The translations under genes and the position numbers were made by a program. Below, one piece after another: positions 29,909-39,424 of a DNA stretch of 64,000 nt. This DNA comes from Candidatus Poribacteria bacterium (GTDB taxonomy: Bacteria > Poribacteria > WGA-4E > GCA-2687025), in the NCBI GenBank assembly GCA_963665845.2, contig OY762492.1:128001-192000 (forward strand), given 5' to 3'. Below the pieces are notes generated by a model. The model worked only from the letters and a program-made list of their open reading frames with translations. It searched no databases and was not told the origin of the DNA. Position 1 is the stretch's first letter. Every line of letters begins with the position of its first letter.

Positions 29909-31443
29909 GATTCGGAACCCTCCGACATAGGACGATCCACATGCTCAGCGTCATCCGAGATTTTCAATACGTTGCGTTTCAGCCCCGGTATATGCGCCTC
30001 CATCAGATAAGCGCGCCAGTCGATCTTCGAGACGTCAAAACCCCACCGCTGCCGCTCCTCGTCGGTTTGACGCTCCATCATCGCGCGCGTTTTGGATGTG
30101 TCGAACAGATACCGATTCTGAATATACGGTCCGTAAATCTCCGTGTAGTACAGCAGGCGTTCCCCCGCGTTGCGAAGAAGACTCAGGCGCTGCCGACGGC
30201 GCCGCATCCGTTTTGACGGAACCGCGGACAGCAGCTTGTCCACAATGCCGAGCAGTTTCAGTTTACGCCGCAACTGCGCCTGATACGCCTCTATCGGCGG
30301 AAAAGTGAACTCTGGAACCGCCACAGGCGACCCAGACTTGTCGGTCATCGGCCACTGGAGAAAATAGTCGCGCGTGTATTGGTACAGGTTACGGTATGAT
30401 AGCGGGTTTTCGGCGCCGCTGGCGACATGGTAATGCCGCATCCCGCCCTTTTCCGCCGTCTCAACAACCGCGGTGAGCGTCGCGTTGACAACATAATCGA
30501 CCGGTATCAGATCTGCAGTGACCTCTGGGTTGAGCGGAAAATCGGGCAGGCGCCCCTTTCCAAACGCCGCGATGATCGGATCCGCCATCCGAAACCCGTC
30601 GATCCAGCCAGGGTCAGGTTCCCGCAGGCTGCTTTCGATGATCGACGGACGCACAATCAGAACGGGCAGATCGCCGCGCGACAGCTCCGTTACCCGCTCG
30701 CCGAGAGCTTTTGTGTAGGCGTAAGTGTCGCTCCATCCGCGTTCGCGCGCCCTGTCCATGCCGGCTTTGACAAGCGCGGTTCGCCGTTCCTTCTCGTCGG
30801 CGTATTCCCCCTCTTCGCATGCCCGTTTGAGCGTTTCGATCTCTTTGTCGACATCATGCGGCAGAACAGGACCGGTCCATCCGTCGGGCTTGTCTTTCTC
30901 GGTCGGCAGGGCGGCTTCTGGGGCGGCGTTCGGGTTTCCGGCGTTCACATAGGCGGTGGAGATATGCGCCAGAACGGCGCCGCCGCACTCTTGAGCAAAC
31001 TGAACGATGCGCCTCGGCGCCTCCGCGTTCATCTCCAAAGCCTCGTCCAACGGCGAATCGAAGACGACGACCGCCGCGCTGTTGACGACGATCTGAACCT
31101 CCGCGGCGAGAGCGTCGTACACCTCGTCTGACATGCCGAGTTTCGGCAGGCCGATGTCGCCGTTGACCGCCTTCACCTTCTCCCGTACGCGCGCGTCAAA
31201 GTCGGCGCCCCATTCTTCGCGCAGCCTGTCGAAGACCCCTATCGGCAGCATCTCCTGTTCAAACCGCTCCTGAGCAGTCATGGTACGTCCGCGCGCGTCG
31301 GTCTTTTCGCGTATGAGAACATAGACGCGGCGTATATCGGGCGCGGCGCGCAGCAGTTTTTCTACCAGCGGTTTTCCCAAAAAGCCGGTGGCTCCTACAA
31401 TGAGAGCGGTTTTTCCGGCGTAGAAACCTTGAACACGATCCAT
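29899..31443 (-). CDS. Alcohol-forming fatty acyl-CoA/ACP reductase (male-sterility family)
   Basis: GATGFLGK, NSAAVVVFD, HISTAYV, YAYTKALGE, RPSIIES, DLIPVD, FDVSKIDW. Confidence 0.92.
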   Translation of the reverse strand: MDRVQGFYAGKTALIVGATGFLGKPLVEKLLRAAPDIRRVYVLIREKTDARGRTMTAQERFEQEMLPIGVFDRLREEWGADFDARVREKVKAVNGDIGLPKLGMSDEVYDALAAEVQIVVNSAAVVVFDSPLDEALEMNAEAPRRIVQFAQECGGAVLAHISTAYVNAGNPNAAPEAALPTEKDKPDGWTGPVLPHDVDKEIETLKRACEEGEYADEKERRTALVKAGMDRARERGWSDTYAYTKALGERVTELSRGDLPVLIVRPSIIESSLREPDPGWIDGFRMADPIIAAFGKGRLPDFPLNPEVTADLIPVDYVVNATLTAVVETAEKGGMRHYHVASGAENPLSYRNLYQYTRDYFLQWPMTDKSGSPVAVPEFTFPPIEAYQAQLRRKLKLLGIVDKLLSAVPSKRMRRRRQRLSLLRNAGERLLYYTEIYGPYIQNRYLFDTSKTRAMMERQTDEERQRWGFDVSKIDWRAYLMEAHIPGLKRNVLKISDDAEHVDRPMSEGSESWT

Positions 31444-31524
31444 TGGACGACGCCTTTCTTTGCTGCGCCTGTTTCTCGCATGGAATCATATCATGCCATG
31501 CTTCGTTTCTAAGCGCAAGCAATG

Positions 31525-31730
31525 CGCGCCGCCGGTCGTCATTCCCGTGAAAACGGGAATCTTAGGCGTCGCAGACGCCGTCCATATCGCGTCTCCGATC
31601 AACATCATCGTATGAGCGTACTGCCATGCCGCGCCGCCGGCCGTCATTCCCGTGAAAACGGGAATCTTAGGCGTCGGAGACGCCGTCCATATCGCGTCTC
31701 CGATCAACATCATCGTATGAGCGTACTACC
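31525..31730 (+). repeat. Tandem duplication, 105-bp period, each unit with a REP variant
   Basis: ATTCCCGTGAAAACGGGAAT at 31541 and 31646 with near-identical flanks. Confidence 0.95.
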
Positions 31731-31740
31731 GCGCCGCCCG

Positions 31741-31769
31741 TTGACCTCCCTCCAAAAGTCGTCTATGAT
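31741..31769 (+). promoter_or_regulatory. Sigma70-type promoter for the epimerase-sulfatase genes
   Basis: TTGACC, 17 bp, TATGAT; AAGGAG RBS before ATG 31808. Confidence 0.65.
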
Positions 31770-31807
31770 CATCGCATGATCAGCATTGAGAAAAGGAGCG
31801 GCTTCGA

Positions 31808-32755
31808 ATGAATGTCCTCATCACCGGCGGCTTCGGATGCATCGGCAGCTACGCCGCCCGCGATCTGTTGAACGCCGGCGATCATGTCGTCATTTACGAT
31901 ATGGCAGACGATCGGTCCATACCGCGCATGGCGATGCCGATTGAACAGGCGGAGGCGCTTGTTTTTGAGCCAGGGGACATAACCGACCTGCCGGCGCTTC
32001 TGCGCGTTGTCAAGAATCATCGAATCGACCGCATCGTTCATCTCGCCTCATGGCAGGTGCCAGCCTGTCAAGCAAACCCGCCGAAAGCGCTGCGCGTCGT
32101 CTCCGAAGGCACCATCAACGTCTTTGAAGCGGCGCGTCTCTATGAACTGCCGCGCGTCGTCTGGGCAAGCAGCGTCGCTGTCTTTGGCTCCCCCGACGAC
32201 TACGGCGGAAAAGCGGTACAAAACGACGACCCGCACTACCCCAAATTTATCTACGGCGCGAACAAGTCGCTCTGTGAACGGTACGCCGTCCATTATGTGA
32301 ACGAGTACGGCTGCGACATCATCGGTCTGCGCTTCACCAGCGTTTACGGCGTTGGGCGCACACGCGGCATGAGCTCCTTCACCACCAAAATGATTGAGGC
32401 GGCGGCGTACGACGAGCCGTACACCGCCCCGTTCGGCGACGACATTGTGGACTGGCAGTATGTGGAGGATGTGTCGGCGGCGGTCTGCGTCGCGCTGACA
32501 GCGCCCGCGCCAAAAACGCGCAACTTCACCGTCAAGGGCGATTACCGCTCCGTCAAGGAGGGGGTGGAGCATCTGCGGTCGCTGGTTCCGTCGGCGCGGC
32601 TGGATGTGGAACCTGGACTCTTCGGCATTCAGTGGGAATACGACGCTTCCGCGCTGGAGAAAGAGCTTGGCTTCACCCCGCAATACAGTATGGAGCGCGG
32701 CATTGAGCGAACCTTAGAACGTTTTAGAGAGCTGAAACCGCTCCTTCGACCTTAA
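31808..32755 (+). CDS. NAD-dependent epimerase/dehydratase (extended SDR)
   Basis: TGGFGCIG, ASSVAVFG, YGANK, LRFTSVYG. Confidence 0.92.
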   Translation: MNVLITGGFGCIGSYAARDLLNAGDHVVIYDMADDRSIPRMAMPIEQAEALVFEPGDITDLPALLRVVKNHRIDRIVHLASWQVPACQANPPKALRVVSEGTINVFEAARLYELPRVVWASSVAVFGSPDDYGGKAVQNDDPHYPKFIYGANKSLCERYAVHYVNEYGCDIIGLRFTSVYGVGRTRGMSSFTTKMIEAAAYDEPYTAPFGDDIVDWQYVEDVSAAVCVALTAPAPKTRNFTVKGDYRSVKEGVEHLRSLVPSARLDVEPGLFGIQWEYDASALEKELGFTPQYSMERGIERTLERFRELKPLLRP

Positions 32756-32781
32756 CCGAAACCCGAACAGAAAGCGGCGTC

Positions 32782-34329
32782 ATGGCGCAACATCCAAACT
32801 TCCTTTTCATTTTCAGCGACGAACACAGCTTCCGTTTCATGGGGCATCGGTCAGAAGAAGACGGCGGAGAGAAGGTGGACACGCCCAACTTCGACCGCCT
32901 CGCCGCTCAAGGTACCGTCTTTACGGACGCCTACTGCCAGATGCCGCTCTGCACCCCCTCCCGTTTGAGCATGCTGACGGGGCGCGAAGTCCGCGGCGCG
33001 GGCGCATGGGGCAACGGCAGCGTCATGAAGCCGGATGTTCCGACGATGGCGGGCGTTCTCGGCGGCGCGGGGTATGAAACATGCCTCCTCGGCAAGATGC
33101 ATCTCGGCGGCAGCCGTCAGTTTGCCGGCTTCAACCATCGCCCGTACGGCGACCTGACCGGCAGAACGGGGCATCAGCGCGACCCGATCCAAGGCGGAGG
33201 CGGCGGCATGCGCTCGCGCACAACTTATTCGGTCGGCGTGACGGAGATACCCGAAAGCCTGTTTCAAGAGCAGGTTTCCGCCCAAGAATCGATCGCGTTT
33301 CTGCGCGAGCATGAAGCGTCCAACCCTGACCAGCCATGGTTTTTGATGGCAAGTTTGAGCCGCCCGCATTTTCCGTTGACGGCGCCGCGCCGATGGGTTG
33401 AGCGTTATCCGCCGGACGCGATCTCCGAACCGAAGGTCGGGCGGACAGGCGACGCCTACGACCATCCGATGAGCGTCGGCATGCGCAAAGGTTTCCAAGC
33501 GGACGCGATTGAACATGACGAGATGATGCGCGCGAGAGGCTCCTACTTCGCCTGCGTCAGCTATCTGGACGAACTGCTGGGCGACATGTTCATACGGCTC
33601 GAAGCGACTGGGCAGCTTGACAATACGATCATCATTTACACGACCGACCATGGCGAGATGGCGGGCGAACATGGCGTCTGGTGGAAAAACAGCTGGCATG
33701 AAGCGAGCGCGCGCGTCCCGCTCATCATTTCAACGCCGGAGCAGCGCCGAGGCGAACAGCCTGCGCAAGAGATCCGAACGCCCGCCGCGCTGACGGATCT
33801 GTTCCCGACGATGTGCGGACTTGCAGGCGTTTCGGCGCCTGAAGGGCTGGACGGGGTCGACCTGTCCGACGTTGTGAACGGCAGCGGCGGCGCGCCCGAC
33901 CGCCCCGTTTTCACCGACGCGCTGGCGGGGCGATGGGGTCCTGGGACCGAGTTTCGCATGGTAAGGCAGGGAAAATGGAAATATGTGCATTTCAGAAACG
34001 CCCCGGCGCTTTTCTTTAACCTCGAAAACGACCCGCATGAGCAGCGCAACCTGATCGCGCGCGGATGCGAAGGCGGGGACGCCGAGGCGCTGCGCCGACT
34101 CAAGCGGACGGCGGAGGAGACGATGGACTTTGACGCCGCGGCGGAAGAACGCAAACGCGACCAGCGGCTGAAACAGCAATTCCCGCTCAAAACGCCCGGC
34201 AGCCAAGGCAACCTGTACACGCTGCCAAACGGCAAGATCGTGAACGCCGACGACGCGCTTTACAACCCGACCGTCATCGTTGAGGACGCCGTCGAAGCGT
34301 ACAGCGACCATCCCGCGCGGAACGAGTGA
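32782..34329 (+). CDS. Cys-type formylglycine sulfatase (choline-sulfatase-like)
   Basis: PNFLFIFSDEH, LCTPSR, GKMH, PHFP, TDHGEM. Confidence 0.93.
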   Translation: MAQHPNFLFIFSDEHSFRFMGHRSEEDGGEKVDTPNFDRLAAQGTVFTDAYCQMPLCTPSRLSMLTGREVRGAGAWGNGSVMKPDVPTMAGVLGGAGYETCLLGKMHLGGSRQFAGFNHRPYGDLTGRTGHQRDPIQGGGGGMRSRTTYSVGVTEIPESLFQEQVSAQESIAFLREHEASNPDQPWFLMASLSRPHFPLTAPRRWVERYPPDAISEPKVGRTGDAYDHPMSVGMRKGFQADAIEHDEMMRARGSYFACVSYLDELLGDMFIRLEATGQLDNTIIIYTTDHGEMAGEHGVWWKNSWHEASARVPLIISTPEQRRGEQPAQEIRTPAALTDLFPTMCGLAGVSAPEGLDGVDLSDVVNGSGGAPDRPVFTDALAGRWGPGTEFRMVRQGKWKYVHFRNAPALFFNLENDPHEQRNLIARGCEGGDAEALRRLKRTAEETMDFDAAAEERKRDQRLKQQFPLKTPGSQGNLYTLPNGKIVNADDALYNPTVIVEDAVEAYSDHPARNE

Positions 34330-34336
34330 GAAGCGC

Positions 34337-35878
34337 ATGCGTTCACAACCGAACATCCTGTTCATTTTGAGCGACGAGCATAACTTTCGGTTCATGGGGC
34401 ATGTGAGCCGGGCGGACGGCGGCGAAAATGTGGAAACGCCCGCCCTAGACCGCCTCGCCGCGCAGGGGACGGTCTACACGGACGCCTACTGCCAGATGCC
34501 GCTTTGCACTCCGTCTCGTTTGAGCATGCTGACAGGGATGGAGGCGCGCGCGGCGGGCGCTTGGTCAAACCAAAGCGTTATGAAGCCTGGGCTGCCGACG
34601 CTGCCGGGCGTCTTTGCGGAGGCGGGGTATGAAACATGCCTTGTCGGGAAAATGCATCTGGGCGGCAACCGCCAATTCGTCGGCTTTCGACACCGACCCT
34701 ACGGCGATTTAACCGGCAGATCGATAGCGCAGCGCGACCCGCTGGACGGGGATGTAGGCCTCCGCGGTCGGACAACCAGCTCCGTCGGCGTCACGCAGGT
34801 TCCAGAGAGCTTGATTCAAGATCAAGCGATCGCGCAGGAGACGGTCGCCTTTGCGCGCGAGCATGAAGCGGCGAACCCAGAGCAGCCTTGGTTCCTTATG
34901 GCGAGCGTCATCCGCCCCCATTTTCCGTTGACGGCGCCGCGCCGATGGATTGAGCGTTACCGCCCCGATGCCGTCTCCGAGCCGAAGGTCGGGCGGACGG
35001 GCGACGCCTACGACCACCCGATGAGCGCCGCCATGCGCAAGGGGTTCCGCGCGGACGAGATCGACCATGACGAAATGATGCGGGCGCGCGCCGCCTATTT
35101 TGCCTCCGTCAGCTATCTGGACGAGCTGCTAAACGACATGCTTCTGCGGCTTGAGTTCACCGGACAGCTGGAAAATACGATCATCGTCTACACGAGCGAC
35201 CATGGGGAAATGGCGGGCGAACATGGGCTTTGGTGGAAAAACTGCTGGCATGAAGCGAGCGCGCGCGTTCCGCTGATCATCTCCACGCCAGAGCAGCGGC
35301 GAGGCGAACTGCCGGCGCGCGAAGTAAAAACGCCTGTCGCGCTGACGGATGCGTTCCCGACGCTGTGCGCTATGGCGGGAATCTCGGCGCCGAGCGGACT
35401 GGACGGCGTCGATTTGACGCAGGGCGCGCCCGACCGCCCGATCTTTACAGACGCGCTCGGAGGGCGATGGGGTCCAGGGCGGCGTTTCCGCGCGGTCAGG
35501 CAGGGGCGGTGGAAATACATACGTTTTCATGACGCGCCGCCGCTTTTCTTTAACTTAGAAAACGATCCGATGGAGCAGCGCAACCTGATCGAACGCGGCT
35601 GCGAAGGCGAGGACGCGGAGGCGCTGCGCCGACTCAAGCGGACGGCGGAGGAGACGATGGACTTCGACGCCGCGGCGGAAGACCGCAAGCGCGATCAGCA
35701 GCTCGTCCAAACCTACGCCCTGAACGCGCGCCCCAGCCAGAAAAACCTGTACCTGATGCGGTCAGGCAAGGTGGTGAACGCGAACGATCCGCTCTATCAG
35801 CCGACCGTCATCGCCGAAAACGGCGCCGACATCTTTACCGATCATCCTGCGTATGAGAGCGAATCTGAAAAGAATTAA
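34337..35878 (+). CDS. Cys-type sulfatase, tandem paralogue
   Basis: Start ATG 34337 (MRSQPNILFILSDEH); LCTPSR, GKMH, SDHGEM. Confidence 0.93.
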   Translation: MRSQPNILFILSDEHNFRFMGHVSRADGGENVETPALDRLAAQGTVYTDAYCQMPLCTPSRLSMLTGMEARAAGAWSNQSVMKPGLPTLPGVFAEAGYETCLVGKMHLGGNRQFVGFRHRPYGDLTGRSIAQRDPLDGDVGLRGRTTSSVGVTQVPESLIQDQAIAQETVAFAREHEAANPEQPWFLMASVIRPHFPLTAPRRWIERYRPDAVSEPKVGRTGDAYDHPMSAAMRKGFRADEIDHDEMMRARAAYFASVSYLDELLNDMLLRLEFTGQLENTIIVYTSDHGEMAGEHGLWWKNCWHEASARVPLIISTPEQRRGELPAREVKTPVALTDAFPTLCAMAGISAPSGLDGVDLTQGAPDRPIFTDALGGRWGPGRRFRAVRQGRWKYIRFHDAPPLFFNLENDPMEQRNLIERGCEGEDAEALRRLKRTAEETMDFDAAAEDRKRDQQLVQTYALNARPSQKNLYLMRSGKVVNANDPLYQPTVIAENGADIFTDHPAYESESEKN

Positions 35879-35883
35879 AATGA

Positions 35884-35997
35884 CAGACCTCATGCCGAAG
35901 AACAGCGATGATCAGGGGAAAAACCGTCGTCCCGCCCCTCGTCATTCCCGCGCAAGCGGGAATCTTAGGCGCCGCAGGCATGTTCCAACTAAATCAG
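35884..35997. mobile_element. Degenerate MITE copy (114 bp)
   Basis: Left end CAGACCTCATGCC; interior matches the reverse complement of 986-1130; REP at 35941-35964; flanks AAATGA / AGATGA (5/6). Confidence 0.6.
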
Positions 35998-36043
35998 AGA
36001 TGAGCCAAACCACTCACCCTAACAGAACGAAAAAGGAGGGCTG

Positions 36044-36736
36044 ATGCCCAAACATGTTGCCTTTCTCATTGGCGAAAACGAATACAAATCGGAACGCACC
36101 ATGCCGCCCATCGCGCATGAGCTGATTGTGAAGCATGGGATGAGCGTCTCCGTCTTGACAGCGAAGCCGGACCTGAAAAGCATCCCCGGCATGGGCGCGC
36201 TGGACGACGCCGACCTGCTCGTCGCCTATCTCCGCTTCACGCAGCTCCCCGGCGAACAGCTGGAGAAGCTGCGCGCCTATCTCGATTCAAGGCGCCCCAT
36301 CGTCGGGCTGCGCACGTCAACCCATGCGTTCCGATACCCCGGCGATTCGGAACATGTGGAATGGAACAACTTTGGCGCCGAAGCGTTCGGCACGAACTGG
36401 AAATTTCACTACGGCGGCGGCTCCAACTCGATTGTCTACCCCGCCGCCGGCAAGCAGGACGATCCACTTCTGAACGATGTCGGCTTGCCGCTGCGCGTCC
36501 GCTCTTGGCTTTATTATGTTCATCCGCTGCCGGATTCGTGCGAGCCTGTTCTGCTCGGCTCGTCGGTCGGTCCGTCGGGGCGGGAGGAGCGGGAAGTCAA
36601 CCCGGTCGCATGGACAAAGACAGACGCCAATCGGCGCGTCTTTTACACCTCGCTCGGACATCCGGAGGAGTTTCAGCTGCCCAGCTTCCGACAGCTGCTT
36701 TTCAACGGAATCGACTGGGCGTTGAACGGGGGATAA
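36044..36736 (+). CDS. ThuA-like (class I glutamine amidotransferase fold) protein
   Basis: IGENEY, VGLRTSTHAF, NPVAWT, RVFYTSLGH, NGIDWA. Confidence 0.85.
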   Translation: MPKHVAFLIGENEYKSERTMPPIAHELIVKHGMSVSVLTAKPDLKSIPGMGALDDADLLVAYLRFTQLPGEQLEKLRAYLDSRRPIVGLRTSTHAFRYPGDSEHVEWNNFGAEAFGTNWKFHYGGGSNSIVYPAAGKQDDPLLNDVGLPLRVRSWLYYVHPLPDSCEPVLLGSSVGPSGREEREVNPVAWTKTDANRRVFYTSLGHPEEFQLPSFRQLLFNGIDWALNGG

Positions 36737-36742
36737 AGCGGC

Positions 36743-38338
36743 CTATTTGTCAAACGCGGCGGACAACAGCTCAAGGGTGTACGGGTTCTGCGGGTTGTCA
36801 AACAGCTCCTCGGCGGGACCCGACTCCACCGCCTTGCCCTGCCGCATGACAATCACCTCGTCCGCGACAGCGCGAATCACCTTCAGGTCGTGGCTGATGA
36901 ACAGGTACGCCAGCCCGTAGTCTTGCTGTAGGCGCAGCAGCAGGTTCAGCGTCTGCGCCTGAACGCTCGCGTCCAGCGACGAGGTCGGCTCGTCCAGCAC
37001 AACAAAGCGCGGCTTGATCGCCATCGCGCGCGCGACCGAGATGCGCTGCCGCTGCCCGCCTGAAAACTCATGCGGGTAACGCCGGCGCGTCTCTGGGTCC
37101 AGCCCAACCTCCTCCAGCGTCTCGATGACGATGCGCTCCCGCTCCGCCGCCGTGTCGCCGATGCGATGCACTTTCAACCCCTCTTCGATAATCTGCGCAA
37201 CCGACATGCGCGGGCTGAGCGAGCCGTATGGGTCCTGGAAAATGATCTGCATATGCCGGCGCAGAGGGCGCAGCTGTTTGGAACGCAGGCCTTGTATCGG
37301 CTTTCCGCCGAAATAGACGCCCCCGTCGGACGAAATGAGACGTAGAAGCGCCAATCCAAGCGTCGTCTTGCCGGAGCCTGATTCGCCTACGACGCCGACG
37401 GTGCGCCCCTCCCGCGCGGCGATGTCGATCCCGTCCACCGCCTTCACATAGTCGGTCGAACGGCGCAATACGCCTCGGCGAATCGGATACCAGACGCGCA
37501 GATTCTCGGCGCGGACGACAATCTCTTCAGTCGTCTCCCGCGGTTCCAACGGCTGCGGCTCCGACTGCAGAAGCCGCTGCGTGTACGCATGCCGCGGTTC
37601 GTTGAAGATCCGCTCCGTTTCCCCCTTCTCAACAATCTCCCCCTCCTTCATGACGCAGACGCGGTCCGCCATTTTCCGCACAATGCCAAGGTCATGGGTG
37701 ATGAACAGCATCGCCATGCCGAGCTGCGCCTGCTGCTCCTTTAAAAGAGCGAGTATCTGCGCCTGGACGGTGACATCCAGCGCGGTCGTCGGCTCATCCG
37801 CGATGAGAAGGTCAGGCTCATTCGCCAGCGCCATGGCGATCATGACCCTCTGCCGCTGCCCGCCGGACAGCTCATGCGGGAACGCCGTCAGCCGCTTCTC
37901 CGCCTCGGCGATGCCCACCTGAAGAAGCAGTTGAACGCACCGCTCCCGCGCCTTTTGCCGCGGCATGAGCTGATGCGTCGTCAGAACTTCGCTAATCTGT
38001 TTCTCGATGGAATGGAGCGGGTTGAGCGAGGTCATCGGCTCTTGGAAAATCATGGAGACGCGGTTGCCGCGGACGCTGCGCAGCGTCGGCAGCGGCGCGC
38101 CCATCAGCTCCTCCCCGTCCAGCTGGACGCTGCCGGACGGATGTGCCGCCGGCGGGTAGGGCAGCAGCTGGAGAACGCTCAACGCGGAGGCCGACTTGCC
38201 GGAACCGGACTCGCCGACAAGCGCAAGCGTTTCTCCGCGCTCAATCTGAAACGAGACGCCTTTCACCGCCTCGACCGTCTCATGCTCCACATGGAAATGG
38301 ACTGCCAGGTTTTCAACCTTCAAAAGCGGTTCGTTCAT
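36743..38338 (-). CDS. yejF: Peptide ABC transporter, fused double ATPase (YejF-like)
   Basis: GESGSGKS and GESGSGKT, LSGGQRQR and FSGGQRQR, IFQEPMTSLNP. Confidence 0.85.
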   Translation of the reverse strand: MNEPLLKVENLAVHFHVEHETVEAVKGVSFQIERGETLALVGESGSGKSASALSVLQLLPYPPAAHPSGSVQLDGEELMGAPLPTLRSVRGNRVSMIFQEPMTSLNPLHSIEKQISEVLTTHQLMPRQKARERCVQLLLQVGIAEAEKRLTAFPHELSGGQRQRVMIAMALANEPDLLIADEPTTALDVTVQAQILALLKEQQAQLGMAMLFITHDLGIVRKMADRVCVMKEGEIVEKGETERIFNEPRHAYTQRLLQSEPQPLEPRETTEEIVVRAENLRVWYPIRRGVLRRSTDYVKAVDGIDIAAREGRTVGVVGESGSGKTTLGLALLRLISSDGGVYFGGKPIQGLRSKQLRPLRRHMQIIFQDPYGSLSPRMSVAQIIEEGLKVHRIGDTAAERERIVIETLEEVGLDPETRRRYPHEFSGGQRQRISVARAMAIKPRFVVLDEPTSSLDASVQAQTLNLLLRLQQDYGLAYLFISHDLKVIRAVADEVIVMRQGKAVESGPAEELFDNPQNPYTLELLSAAFDK

Positions 38339-39423
38339 GACGTTTCCGCCTCTTCTGCGTCTGTGTCTTCGTTTTCTTTAGGGGGAGGAGGGGCGGCGGA
38401 CGCTTTGCGCGGGTCAAGAGCGTCGCGCGCCGCCTCGCCGACAAAGATGAGCAGCGTCAAGGTCACGGCGAGCGCGGCAAAGCTGGTCAGCCCGAGCCAC
38501 GGCGCCTGCAGATTGCTTCGCCCTTGATTCACCATCTCGCCGAGAGAGGGGGAGCCGGGCGGCATTCCAAAGCCGAGAAAGTCGAGCGAGGTCAGCTGCG
38601 TGATGGCGCCGCTCACATGAAACGGCAGGAAAGTGATCGTGGCGACCAGCGCGTTCGGGAGCGTGTGTTTGAACATGATGGGAATATTGCCGACGCCGAG
38701 GGCGCGCGCGGCGCGTATGTAATCGAAGTTGCGGGCGCGCAGCGTCTCCGCCCGCACCACGCCGACATAACCCATCCACGTAAACAGCAGCATGATGCCC
38801 ATGAGCCACCAAAAATTCGGCTGAACGACGCTGGCGAGAATGATGAGAAGATAAAGCGTCGGCATGGAGGACCATATCTCCATAAACCGCTGAAAGCCGA
38901 GGTCGAACCATCCGCCGAAATAACCTTGCGCGAGACCCAGCGTCACCCCGACCGTCATCGACACCGCGGAGAGAGCCAGCCCAAACAGTACCGAGATGCG
39001 AAAGCCGTAGATGAGGCGGGCGGCGACATCGCGGCTCTGGTCGTCTGTCCCAAGCCAGTTCACCTTTGAAGGCTTAGCGGGCGCCGGACGCCCATGCGCA
39101 ATCGTGTTATACGAATACGGTATCGGCGGCCAGACCATCCACCCCTTCGCCTCAATCAGCTCCCTCACATACGGGTCGCGGTAGTCCGCTTCGGTTGGGA
39201 AGTCGCCGCCAAAGCGCGTTTCGTTATACGTTTTAAAGACGGGAAACAGCAGCTCCCCCTCGAACGAAATGAGCAGCGGCTTGTCGTTGGCGATGAATTC
39301 GGCGAACAGGCTGACAAAGAACAGGACGCTGAATATCCAGAAAGAGACATACCCGCGCCGATTCGCTTTGAAGTTGGCGAGACGGCGGCGCCCCTGCGGT
39401 CCCAGTTTGAAGCGGCGCCTCAT
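38335..39423 (-). CDS. yejE: Peptide ABC transporter permease (YejE-like)
   Basis: FKANRRGYVS, AEFIANDKP, LGTDDQSRDVAARLIYGFRIS; ATG 39423 preferred. Confidence 0.88.
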   Translation of the reverse strand: MRRRFKLGPQGRRRLANFKANRRGYVSFWIFSVLFFVSLFAEFIANDKPLLISFEGELLFPVFKTYNETRFGGDFPTEADYRDPYVRELIEAKGWMVWPPIPYSYNTIAHGRPAPAKPSKVNWLGTDDQSRDVAARLIYGFRISVLFGLALSAVSMTVGVTLGLAQGYFGGWFDLGFQRFMEIWSSMPTLYLLIILASVVQPNFWWLMGIMLLFTWMGYVGVVRAETLRARNFDYIRAARALGVGNIPIMFKHTLPNALVATITFLPFHVSGAITQLTSLDFLGFGMPPGSPSLGEMVNQGRSNLQAPWLGLTSFAALAVTLTLLIFVGEAARDALDPRKASAAPPPPKENEDTDAEEAETS

Positions 39424-39424
39424 G

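Noticed and set aside
31525-31730. Possible mini CRISPR array
   Set aside because: The sequence between the palindromes is also duplicated, so there are no unique spacers; no cas genes.
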